A stretch of 59,814 bases of DNA from Candidatus Altiarchaeota archaeon. GTDB lineage: Archaea > Altiarchaeota > Altiarchaeia > IMC4 > SCGC-AAA252-I15. The stretch is taken from NCBI GenBank assembly GCA_043804895.1, contig JAZDIN010000003.1, positions 1 through 59,814 of the forward strand, given 5' to 3'. The notes beneath the pieces were generated by a model, which searched no databases, was not told where the DNA came from, and saw nothing but the letters and a program-made list of their open reading frames with translations. Both the position numbers and the translations under genes were made by a program. Position 1 is the first letter of the stretch, and every line of letters starts with the position of its first letter. Below are positions 44,853 to 52,478 of this stretch, in pieces.

Positions 44853-45863
44853 ATGAAAAACATCGAACTGCCAAGGAAGGTGCTAGTCGGCGACGACGCA
44901 GTCTACGAGGTGGACGATGTCGTTTCAGAGCTCGGCCTCCTGGGGAAGCCTCTCATACTATGCGACGAGACTACTAAGGCCGTTGCAGGGGAAATTGTCT
45001 CGGTCGAGTTGGACACGCCCTCTACAATCATCGGCGAGCTTACTGATGCTGAACTTGATTCAATGCGTAGGAAGATTTCAACTGACAGGATACACTACGT
45101 CGTCGGAGTCGGCGGCGGAAAGATACTAGACACAGGAAAGATAATCGCGTTCGAGAATAGGCTGCCGTTCATAAGCATACCAACGGCCGCCTCCCACGAC
45201 GGGATAGCCTCGCCACAGGCCTCCCTCAAACTGGACAGGTCAACGTCGGTCCAAGTCCACTGTCCGCTGGGGGTGATAGCTGACACAAAGATAATATCCA
45301 AGGCTCCGAGGAAGCTGCTTGCAGCCGGATGCGGGGATGCCATCTCCAACTACACAGCGGTCCTGGACTGGCAGCTAGCCCACAATGAGAAATGCGAATA
45401 CTACGGAGACTACGCTGCTGCGCTCTCCGGGATGAGCGCGGAGATAGTCATGAAGAGCGCGGTGAAAATCTACGAAAACATAAGCGTCCTCGTCGAAGCG
45501 CTCATAGCAAGCGGAGTCGCCATAGGCATAGCAGGCTCCTCAAGGCCGTGCAGCGGCTCGGAGCACATGTTCAGCCACACGCTCGACAAGATATGCGAGA
45601 AACCAGCATTACACGGGGAACAGTGCGGCGTAGGCGCGATACTCATGGCCTACCTACACAACGTCGAGTGGAGGAGGGTTAGGAACGCGCTCAAAAAATG
45701 CGAGGCCCCGACGACCGCGAAGGAGATGGGAATCCCGGACGAGAAGGTAATCGAAGCACTAATTGGGGCTCACAAGGTCAGGGACCGCTACACCATACTC
45801 AGAGACGGCCTCACCGAGGAGAAGGCTAGGGAGGCCGCGAAGGAGACGGGGGTGGTAGTGTGA
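44853..45863 (+). CDS. egsA: NAD(P)-dependent glycerol-1-phosphate dehydrogenase
   Basis: 336 aa. GVGGGKILDTGK, HDGIASP, and His-rich metal site of the G1PDH/iron-ADH fold. Confidence 0.85.
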   Translation: MKNIELPRKVLVGDDAVYEVDDVVSELGLLGKPLILCDETTKAVAGEIVSVELDTPSTIIGELTDAELDSMRRKISTDRIHYVVGVGGGKILDTGKIIAFENRLPFISIPTAASHDGIASPQASLKLDRSTSVQVHCPLGVIADTKIISKAPRKLLAAGCGDAISNYTAVLDWQLAHNEKCEYYGDYAAALSGMSAEIVMKSAVKIYENISVLVEALIASGVAIGIAGSSRPCSGSEHMFSHTLDKICEKPALHGEQCGVGAILMAYLHNVEWRRVRNALKKCEAPTTAKEMGIPDEKVIEALIGAHKVRDRYTILRDGLTEEKAREAAKETGVVV

Positions 45864-46582
45864 TAAGAGAACTATCTGAGAAAAAAGGGAAATTGCATTT
45901 CACTCTCATAGACCCTGACAAGCAGAGTCCAGAGGAAGCTGGGAAACTCGCAGCCGCGGCGGAGCGTTCTGGCTCGGACGCAATCATGATAGGCGGAAGC
46001 ACCGCAGGCCATAAGGTCACGGACGAAGTCACAGTGGCTGTGAAGAAAGCGTGTAAGTTGCCAACGATACTCTTCCCTGGCGCGTCCCAGGGGTTGTCTC
46101 CGAATGCTGACTACATATTCTGGATGATGCTCATGAACTCCAACAACAGGAGGTTCCTCGTAGGCGAGCAGGTGAAGGCCGCGCCGCTGCTTGCGAAGAC
46201 GAAAGTGAAGCCGATACCGATGGGGTATATAGTAGTCAGCACAAGCAGTAAGCCCACGACTGTGGAGAGGATAGGGGAAGTTGACAAGATAACGTCGTCT
46301 GATGTTGGTAAGGTCGTCGCCTACGCGCTCACAGCGCAATACTACGGGATGGAATGCGTCTACCTCGAGGCCGGAAGCGGAGCGGAGAAGCCGGTGCCAG
46401 CGAACATGATAACGGCAGTAAAGAAGGCGGTGACTATTCCTATAATCGTCGGCGGCGGAATCAGGGACGGGAAGGAAGCAGCCGAAATAGCCAACGCAGG
46501 GGCTGATGCCATTGTCACCGGGACGATTGTGGAGAAGGACCCGACAAAGCTGAAGAGCATCATCGACTCAATCAAAAGATGA
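45860..46582 (+). CDS. Geranylgeranylglyceryl phosphate synthase (PcrB family)
   Basis: 240 aa TIM barrel. HFTLIDPDK, IMIGGS, YLEAGSGAEKPVP, IVGGGIR. Confidence 0.85.
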   Translation: MIRELSEKKGKLHFTLIDPDKQSPEEAGKLAAAAERSGSDAIMIGGSTAGHKVTDEVTVAVKKACKLPTILFPGASQGLSPNADYIFWMMLMNSNNRRFLVGEQVKAAPLLAKTKVKPIPMGYIVVSTSSKPTTVERIGEVDKITSSDVGKVVAYALTAQYYGMECVYLEAGSGAEKPVPANMITAVKKAVTIPIIVGGGIRDGKEAAEIANAGADAIVTGTIVEKDPTKLKSIIDSIKR

Positions 46583-47181
46583 TAGCGGTCATAGACTACG
46601 GCGCAGGAAACATCAGAAGCGTAGTGAACGGGCTGAAGAAGGTCGGCGGTGAAGCAAAGGTCGTCGACGACCCTCGGCTTCTGAAGGATGCTAATGGAAT
46701 AATACTTCCGGGAGTCGGAAGCTTCGGGGACGCGATGACTAAGCTGGAGAAGTTCAAGCCGAAACTGGTGGAGTCATTCGAATCCGGCGTACCATACCTT
46801 GGAATATGCCTCGGATTGCAGGTGCTGTTCGAATCCAGCGAAGAGAGTCCGGGCATAGAAGGCATTGGCATTTTCAAAGGCGGGTGCAGGAGGTTCACAG
46901 GCAACCTGAAGGTGCCGCACATGGGATGGAATACTATCGAGAAGACGGCCGACACGCCTCTTCTTGAAGGAATCGCCGACGGCGACTTTTTCTACTTCGT
47001 CCACAGCTACCATGTAGTGCCTAACGACGGGGGCATCATCGCCGCGGAAACCGAATACGGCCTCAGATTCCCCTCCGTAATCAGCAAAGGCAACATACAT
47101 GCCACACAATTCCACCCCGAAAAAAGCGGAGAAAAAGGACTGCAAATATTAAGCAACTTCACTGACTGCGTCAAGAGATAG
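46579..47181 (+). CDS. hisH: Imidazole glycerol phosphate synthase, glutaminase subunit HisH
   Basis: IAVIDYGAGNIRSV, GICLGLQ (catalytic Cys), HMGWN, FHPEKSG. Confidence 0.9.
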   Translation: MIAVIDYGAGNIRSVVNGLKKVGGEAKVVDDPRLLKDANGIILPGVGSFGDAMTKLEKFKPKLVESFESGVPYLGICLGLQVLFESSEESPGIEGIGIFKGGCRRFTGNLKVPHMGWNTIEKTADTPLLEGIADGDFFYFVHSYHVVPNDGGIIAAETEYGLRFPSVISKGNIHATQFHPEKSGEKGLQILSNFTDCVKR

Positions 47182-47207
47182 CTGTCGCAGATGCTGAGTT
47201 AGGCTTG

Positions 47208-47873
47208 CTATCTACCTGTATTCTCTCCAGGTGCCTGCTCAGGTGGGTAGTCAAATCTTTTCAATATTCTTTCCACCCTTGCCAAATCTTTACGGTTAGC
47301 ATCACTGCGAAACAACGGTAGGTGAGTCATGGCGCTGTTAAGGCCGTTCAGTAGACTCCTCTTCCATATCTCCGGGTCCATACCAGTTAGGTACTCTAAA
47401 TTCCTGATATTTTTCGTATCGAGTGATTCTACCACATCATATATCTCCTCATTTATAGAACTGTCTCCAGTCAAATCAGATGTTTTAGCAACTCCAAATT
47501 CAAGGGACCTTCCGAGGCCTAAGAAACCCGTTCTACGACTTCTGATGAAAACGACGGTGTTAGGTCTGTCCTCGCCAATTGAAAACTTAGGTTCGCCTCC
47601 AGCATATTCCACTTCGGTCGCGCTTCCAGATTCTGGAGGACTTGTTGGGGCTTGGGTGGATAATGCTATGGGAATCCACTCAGACTTGTACACTGTCAAA
47701 GCTGGGTCTGCTAGTACGGAAGCCATAGTATTCACTGTAGGAACCCTGCAGAATCTATCTATCACTTTAGCGCGGGCACTCATATCCTTCACCGCGCCCC
47801 CTATTTGGGATAGCGCGTTGTCTAAATCTCCCGTATCCAATAAATCTGAATTCCTATCCTGTCTTTGCACCAT
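47208..47873 (-). CDS. Hypothetical protein (221 aa), second gene of an orphan two-gene module
   Basis: The track ORF starts at 47903, but the ATG at 47873 has GGAGGG 9-10 nt upstream and abuts the stop of a small upstream ORF (TAAAATG). No motif recognised. Confidence 0.55.
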   Translation of the reverse strand: MVQRQDRNSDLLDTGDLDNALSQIGGAVKDMSARAKVIDRFCRVPTVNTMASVLADPALTVYKSEWIPIALSTQAPTSPPESGSATEVEYAGGEPKFSIGEDRPNTVVFIRSRRTGFLGLGRSLEFGVAKTSDLTGDSSINEEIYDVVESLDTKNIRNLEYLTGMDPEIWKRSLLNGLNSAMTHLPLFRSDANRKDLARVERILKRFDYPPEQAPGENTGR

Positions 47874-47874
47874 T

Positions 47875-47985
47875 TTAAGCGTCCCTCCTTCTAATCTCCT
47901 CATCTAACATCTTTGCAAAGCGTCTGATAGCGTCATCCATCTCCTTATCCAATTCAGTGCCAGTCTTCCGAGCTGGGTTGTCCAT
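47875..47985 (-). CDS. Possible 36-aa helical charged peptide, first gene of the module
   Basis: MDNPARKTGTELDKEMDDAIRRFAKMLDEEIRRRDA*, read by hand. Confidence 0.3.
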   Translation of the reverse strand: MDNPARKTGTELDKEMDDAIRRFAKMLDEEIRRRDA

Positions 47986-48034
47986 GGTAAATAACCCGCA
48001 TTACAGGAATATAAATACTGTCCCGGGTGGCAGG

Positions 48035-48418
48035 TTAAGCCTTCAGTATCCTTATCGCCAGGTGTGCCGCGTTTGCTCCGTTGTCTATGCCGACTGTGGC
48101 GACTGGCACCCCTGGAGGCATTTGCATCGTCGATAGGAGGGCGTCTAGGCCTTTGAGTTTCACGTTCACTGGGACTCCGATTACTGGTTTCTTCGTCTTT
48201 GATGCGACGACTCCAGGCAGTGCTGCGCTTAGGCCTGCGACGCAGATGAACACCCTAGCATCCGATGATTTCACTAATTTGCCGAGTCTGTCCGGCTCCC
48301 TGTGGGCGCTGCAATACTCAAGAGCATAGGATATTTTATTCTCCTTCAGAACGTCCTCAGCCTTCTTGACCACGGCCTCATCCGACTTGCTGCCTGCGAT
48401 TATTAATACATCGGCCAT
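48035..48418 (-). CDS. purE: N5-carboxyaminoimidazole ribonucleotide mutase
   Basis: [16 protein letters not shown]..., [12 protein letters not shown]. The track ORF is extended to 48601 across the dapB start, so the ATG at 48418 was chosen. Confidence 0.9.
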   Translation of the reverse strand: MADVLIIAGSKSDEAVVKKAEDVLKENKISYALEYCSAHREPDRLGKLVKSSDARVFICVAGLSAALPGVVASKTKKPVIGVPVNVKLKGLDALLSTMQMPPGVPVATVGIDNGANAAHLAIRILKA

Positions 48419-48434
48419 AATAGAATATCCGAAT

Positions 48435-49232
48435 ATGACGATAAAAGTTGCGTTGATAGGGTTGGGGAAGATGGGTCGCGTATCGGCTAAGAGGATACTA
48501 GAGTCAGGCGATAGCCAGGTCGTCGCTGCATTCGACCTTGAGAACGTCGGAGCAGACGTCGGCGCGCTCGCTGGGGTTGGGGGGATTGGAGTGAAAGTCA
48601 CTCACCCGTCGGAGCTGGCGAATGTTCTTAAGAGTGTGAAGCCTGACGTCGCAATAGACTTCACATCAGCCAAAGCGTGCATTGAGAACGCGAAGACCGT
48701 TGCAGCCGCTGGAGTGAACATGGTAATCGGCAGTACGGGATTCACTGATGAGGAAGTTGGGCAGTTGAAGGACACCCTGAAGAGTGTCGGGGTAGTGTTC
48801 AGCCCTAACATGAGCGTCGGAGTCAACGTGTTCTGGAAGATAATCGGTGAGGCGGCGCGGAACCTGAAAGGGTACGACATCGAGGTCATCGAGGCCCACC
48901 ACAGGTTCAAGAAGGACGCTCCATCCGGGACTGCGATGAAGGCTGTGAAGGTATTGGCCGAAGCTGTTGGCGCAGACTTGAAGAAGGATGTCGTGTACGC
49001 GCGGCACGGTGACTGTAAGCGGAGGGATGGGGAAATCGGAGTCCAGAGCATCCGCGCGGGGGACATCGTCGGCGAACACACTGTCATGTTCAGCACAATC
49101 GGGGAACGATTCGAGGTGAGACATGTCGCCCACAGCAGGGACTCGTTCTCCTCAGGCATACCTTCTGCGGTGAGGTTCATCAAAGGGAGGAAGGGATTCT
49201 ACGACATGGCCGACGTGTTGGGTCTGAGATGA
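48435..49232 (+). CDS. dapB: 4-hydroxy-tetrahydrodipicolinate reductase
   Basis: [15 protein letters not shown] Rossmann start, [15 protein letters not shown] signature. Confidence 0.85.
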   Translation: MTIKVALIGLGKMGRVSAKRILESGDSQVVAAFDLENVGADVGALAGVGGIGVKVTHPSELANVLKSVKPDVAIDFTSAKACIENAKTVAAAGVNMVIGSTGFTDEEVGQLKDTLKSVGVVFSPNMSVGVNVFWKIIGEAARNLKGYDIEVIEAHHRFKKDAPSGTAMKAVKVLAEAVGADLKKDVVYARHGDCKRRDGEIGVQSIRAGDIVGEHTVMFSTIGERFEVRHVAHSRDSFSSGIPSAVRFIKGRKGFYDMADVLGLR

Positions 49233-49801
49233 AAATCGTCGGAGTCAACGGAAGCCACAGGCCGGGCGGGAACACCGGCTATATGGTCGCGAAGGCCCTT
49301 GAAGTCTGCGCTGAGAAAGGTTTCGACGTCGAGCAGGTTGACCTCGCTGGAAAGGACATAGGATATTGCACTGTCTGCGACGGGTGCAGGGGAAAATACA
49401 CGTGCACGGTCGAAGACGACGTGATGGACATACTCGACAAACTCGCGGCCGCGGATGCTATCATAGTCGGAAGCCCCACATACTTCGGCGGAATCACTGG
49501 CAGACTACGGACGCTGTTTGACAGGACTCTCCCTTTACGTCGCAACGGTATGATGCTCTCTGGGAAAATAGGGGCCGCCCTCGCGGTCGGGGGGAGCAGG
49601 AACGGCGGCCAGGAGCATACCGTGCAACAAATACACTTGTGGATGCTCATACAGGAGATGACAGTCGTCGGCGACATGAAGACCGCCCACTTCGGAGGAA
49701 TATGCGCGGCCTACAAGCCCGGAACCGTGCCCGAAGACAAGGCCGGGATGGAGACGGTAACCAACACAGCAGAGAACGTGTGCAAGAGACTCAAAAAATA
49801 A
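49229..49801 (+). CDS. NADPH-dependent FMN reductase / iron-sulfur flavoprotein (Isf-like)
   Basis: [16 protein letters not shown] flavodoxin-like start, Cys cluster CTVCDGCRGKYTC. Confidence 0.6.
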   Translation: MKIVGVNGSHRPGGNTGYMVAKALEVCAEKGFDVEQVDLAGKDIGYCTVCDGCRGKYTCTVEDDVMDILDKLAAADAIIVGSPTYFGGITGRLRTLFDRTLPLRRNGMMLSGKIGAALAVGGSRNGGQEHTVQQIHLWMLIQEMTVVGDMKTAHFGGICAAYKPGTVPEDKAGMETVTNTAENVCKRLKK

Positions 49802-49995
49802 TGATGAAACGCGGTAAAACCTACAGTATCATCCTTGAAAAGGATGAGGATGGTTCCATAATCGCGGAGGTCGCCGGTTTGGCTGGTTGCCACAGCTGGG
49901 GTGAGACCAAAGTCGAGGCCTTGAGAAACATCAGGGAAGCGCTTGAACTTTACCTGATGTATGATGGGCTTTCGTTTGCTACACTAGCTCGGTGA
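49801..49995 (+). CDS. HicB-like (UPF0150) protein with a C-terminus running through a direct repeat into the hicAB cassette
   Basis: MMKRGKTYSIILEKDEDGSIIAEVAGLAGCHSWGETKVEALRNIREALELYLMYDGLSFATLAR*. The start overlaps the isf stop (TAATG). Paralogous to the 27969 peptide. Confidence 0.55.
   Translation: MMKRGKTYSIILEKDEDGSIIAEVAGLAGCHSWGETKVEALRNIREALELYLMYDGLSFATLAR
49946..49976. repeat. Direct repeat copy 1: AACTT-T-ACCTGATGTATGATGGGCTTTCGTT
   Basis: 30 of 31 nt identical to 50612-50642. On the minus strand it reads NESPSYIR-TAA, a pseudo-copy of the PAC2 gene 3-prime end. Confidence 0.85.
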
Positions 49996-50200
49996 ATTCT
50001 TCGACCGTCAGTCCCGCGCCGTCTATTATCGCATCTAACGTCCCAGTGTCTATTGACTGGTGTAATGGGACTACGACCTGTGCGAATGGTTTGTCCCTGC
50101 GCATTATAACATGGGATGACCGTTGGCGTCTAACGTAGAAACCTGTTCTCGTCAGTGCGCGGACAACCTTCTGCCCTGGTAGGCCTCTCGGAATCTTCAA
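49979..50200 (-). CDS. hicA: HicA-family mRNA interferase toxin
   Basis: 73 aa. ...GFYVRRQRSSHVIMRR...VVPLHQSIDTGTLDAII resembles the YcfA/HicA motif (GSH...vP.H..l..GTL..Il). Confidence 0.75.
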   Translation of the reverse strand: MKIPRGLPGQKVVRALTRTGFYVRRQRSSHVIMRRDKPFAQVVVPLHQSIDTGTLDAIIDGAGLTVEEFTELV

Positions 50201-50418
50201 TGTGCCGAAACCTCCACATTGAGTATCCTCTTGCCTACCTCCTGTGGAACGGTTATATTGTCCTCAATTAAGCATTCTATGTAATCGCTGATGGCTTCCT
50301 TCATGTTCTTCAAAGCCTCCTGGCTCGTCTTACCCTGTGAAACACACCCGCGCAGGATTGGGCAGATTGCCACATACCCGGATTCACGGCCTTTCTCGAC
50401 AACTACTGTGTACTTCAT
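50197..50418 (-). CDS. hicB: HicB-family antitoxin
   Basis: 73 aa. MKYTVVVEKGRESGYVAICPILRGCVSQGKTSQEALKNMKEAI... (UPF0150 core). 4-nt overlap with hicA. Confidence 0.75.
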   Translation of the reverse strand: MKYTVVVEKGRESGYVAICPILRGCVSQGKTSQEALKNMKEAISDYIECLIEDNITVPQEVGKRILNVEVSAH

Positions 50419-50427
50419 AAGCGACGA

Positions 50428-50567
50428 AACCGCCCTCCTTTGGGGGGGCGGTTAATGTATGCATCTACTATTGCGGTTTCAAGCTTATATGGCGGAGGCT
50501 TTGCCTCCGACATATGTGCTAGCGCATAGCGCTAGCCCACATCAAACCAGCGGCTTTAGCCGCTGGT
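50428..50567. repeat. Array of four different perfect GC-rich hairpins
   Basis: Hairpin 1: AACCGCCCTCC-TTTG-GGGGGGCGGTT (50428-53). Hairpin 2: ATATGgCGGAGGC-TTT-GCCTCCGaCATAT (50487-515). Hairpin 3: GCTAGCGC-ATA-GCGCTAGC (50518-36). Hairpin 4: ACCAGCGGC-TTTA-GCCGCTGGT (50546-67). Confidence 0.8.
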
Positions 50568-50611
50568 CGTTGATAACGTATCCCCATTACTACCTTCGTT
50601 TACAGATATAA

Positions 50612-50642
50612 AACTTCACCTGATGTATGATGGGCTTTCGTT
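50612..50642. repeat. Direct repeat copy 2 (true 3-prime end of the PAC2 gene)
   Basis: AACTT-C-ACCTGATGTATGATGGGCTTTCGTT. On the minus strand it encodes NESPSYIR-TGA. Confidence 0.85.
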
Positions 50643-51380
50643 GAGCATCTCCTGCTGACGTTCGGCGGTCTTCTTGTAGGTGTTTATCATCTTGCTCATC
50701 TGGCCTATCTGCTCTTCTGTTTGTTTGGCTTTCTTCTGCAGTTCTGCCATGTTGACTTTCACGTCGAGTATGCCTGTGAGCACTTTGAGGACTGCTTCCG
50801 CGCTTTTGGCGTCGATTATCTGGCCGTGTGTTTCGCCCATGAGGCAGACGGCCTCCAGTTTCCTGGGTATGGATAGTCCGAGTAGTAGTCCGCTTGCTCC
50901 GAATATTGCGCCGCCTCCCTTGAATATGATGCCGTACTTCTCAAGCTCTGTGACGAGGCTCGTGGATGTGGCTGCTCCGAATACGCGGGGGTTCTGGGTT
51001 ATTGAGCCTGTGCCGAGGCCTCCGAGCGTGTAGACTCTTTTCACATTGAATTCCTGCGCGAGGTCTAGGGTCTTTTCAGCGAGCTGGTATTGGCTGTCCG
51101 GGGTTATGCCCTGGAAGTCGCCGAGGAGGAATATGAGGTCCTTCGACCCCTTCCAATAGTAGAGTTCCATGTTCACGAGTTTTATCGTGCCGTCGTCCAG
51201 TATGTTCACCTGCGGCGGCAGAAAGGGTGAAATCAACTCAGCGAACTTCACGGCCTTCAGCTCGTCCTTCATGTGGTCTCCTGCGAGTTTGCCGACGAGG
51301 CCTATCCCAGGGAGGCCTTCTATCATTATCGCATCCTTCAGTTGAGGCCTTTCCGTAACATTGACGATGACGTCATCCAC
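50616..51380 (-). CDS. PAC2-family proteasome assembly chaperone-like protein
   Basis: 254 aa. IEGLPGIGLVGKLAGDH motif. Conserved position after aIF2alpha-nop10. GTG start overlapping the nop10 end. Confidence 0.65.
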   Translation of the reverse strand: MDDVIVNVTERPQLKDAIMIEGLPGIGLVGKLAGDHMKDELKAVKFAELISPFLPPQVNILDDGTIKLVNMELYYWKGSKDLIFLLGDFQGITPDSQYQLAEKTLDLAQEFNVKRVYTLGGLGTGSITQNPRVFGAATSTSLVTELEKYGIIFKGGGAIFGASGLLLGLSIPRKLEAVCLMGETHGQIIDAKSAEAVLKVLTGILDVKVNMAELQKKAKQTEEQIGQMSKMINTYKKTAERQQEMLNESPSYIR

Positions 51381-51534
51381 TTGCCATCTCCTCCTTCATC
51401 ATCCTCCTGTATCTTCCGTAGGGGTCCTGCGGGGAGTATCTTGCAGGCTCAACGTGCTTCGTCCTGCCGTTGCATTTGGCGCACGTCTCCTTGAGTGTGT
51501 AGAGCCCGCATTCAACGCATTTGAGTATCTTCAC
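51373..51534 (-). CDS. nop10: H/ACA RNP protein Nop10
   Basis: Hand-translated 53 aa: (V)KILKCVECGLYTLKETCAKCNGRTKHVEPARYSPQDPYGRYRRMMKEEMASG*. Zinc-ribbon CxxC...CxxC and CGLYTLKE signature. The GTG start overlaps the aIF2alpha stop (GTGA). Confidence 0.8.
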   Translation of the reverse strand: MKILKCVECGLYTLKETCAKCNGRTKHVEPARYSPQDPYGRYRRMMKEEMASG

Positions 51535-52319
51535 TTTGCCTCAAGTTCCCTGTGGAATTCTCCGACTCCGCGGTTGTTTTTTATGTTCTCTATGCCCTGG
51601 TCCGCAGCGTTTCTCAGAGCCTTCTCCGCGGTCTTGTAATCCGATGCCGTGACCTTTATCCTGTAGATGGGTGCTGATATGTACGTGAGCTCGAGGTCGC
51701 AGTCCTTGGGTTTGTGTTTTGTTATCTCCGCTAAGGCTGCCTTGACTGCTTTGACCCCGTCAGGTTCGAAGCTTCTGATGTCAACGTAGCCTGTGACTTC
51801 CACGCTAGGCGGTTTGATGCTTTTGGCTACGAGTTCGACCAGCTTCTTCCTCCACTTCTCGTTGATGTCAAGCTTGTCAGCGACTGAATTATCCACAGCT
51901 ATCGCCTCAAGGCCGGCGTAGATTGAGTCGTAACCTGACATCGCCTTAGAGACTGAGCCTAACACCTCGATTGTGTTCAGCTTCAGCTCGGAGGCCAACA
52001 TCTCAAGGAGTTTTACCGCCCGCTGCTTCTGTTTCACCTGCTGGAGCTTTATCTTCCTCTGAGCGTCGTTGACTCTCCTTAGGGAGAGGTCTATGTGGCC
52101 GCGGCTTGGGTCGGTCCTCAGGACGAGGAGGACGACCTTCTGACCTTCCTTCACGTAGTCCCTGATGTTGCGGACCCATTTCAGGCTTATCTCTGTGAGG
52201 TGGAGCATCCCGGTCTTGCCCTCGTATTCGTCCAGGTTTATGAACGCTCCCTGGTTGAATATGCTCTTCACTGTGCCGATAATCAGCTCCCCCGGCTCCG
52301 GATAGTCGTTTGATGCCAT
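51531..52319 (-). CDS. eif2a: Translation initiation factor aIF2 alpha subunit
   Basis: 262 aa. N-terminal S1 domain (GELIIGTVKSIFNQGAFINLDEYEGKTGMLHLTEIS), then helical and alpha-beta domains. Confidence 0.9.
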   Translation of the reverse strand: MASNDYPEPGELIIGTVKSIFNQGAFINLDEYEGKTGMLHLTEISLKWVRNIRDYVKEGQKVVLLVLRTDPSRGHIDLSLRRVNDAQRKIKLQQVKQKQRAVKLLEMLASELKLNTIEVLGSVSKAMSGYDSIYAGLEAIAVDNSVADKLDINEKWRKKLVELVAKSIKPPSVEVTGYVDIRSFEPDGVKAVKAALAEITKHKPKDCDLELTYISAPIYRIKVTASDYKTAEKALRNAADQGIENIKNNRGVGEFHRELEAK

Positions 52320-52375
52320 TTTATTTATAAGGAATATGCTACTATTACTAGCATCAGCAGGTTAAAAAATAACGG

Positions 52376-52478
52376 CCGCAGCCTGAGGGCTGCGGAATTC
52401 CAAATACGCTCAAAATGCCAACTAGTCAAACAAACAAAGGAGGTGCACGCGGGTAGAAAGATTGCTCGCGTATTTGTA
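52376..52478 (+). promoter_or_regulatory. Repeated structured leader element, copy 2 (hairpin family member 4 plus CAAATACGC...GCGTATTTG)
   Basis: CCGCAGCC-TGAG-GGCTGCGG (52376-95), AATTCCAAATACGCT (arm at 52401-09) ... CTCGCGTATTTGTA (arm at 52468-76) abutting the ilvH ATG at 52479. Confidence 0.5.

Larger units (their letters stand above)
49977..50611 (-). mobile_element. hicAB cassette with a four-hairpin leader, bracketed by the 31-bp direct repeats (no integrase)
   Basis: The content between the repeats is exactly hicA, hicB and a 197-nt hairpin-rich segment. The left boundary falls 2 nt before the hicA stop codon. Confidence 0.4.

Noticed and set aside
49639-49800. N-terminal 54 residues of the 118-aa track ORF 49639-49995
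   Set aside because: This part is an out-of-frame overlap with the 3-prime end of the isf-like gene. Only the portion from ATG 49801, the UPF0150 core, looks real.
50428-50567. CRISPR array or integron attC sites as an explanation for the hairpin cluster and the TA cassettes
   Set aside because: The four stems are unrelated in sequence and irregularly spaced, so there are no repeat-spacer units. There are no cas genes, no IntI-type integrase, and no GTTRRRY-like core sites that I could see. The cassettes are dispersed rather than arrayed.
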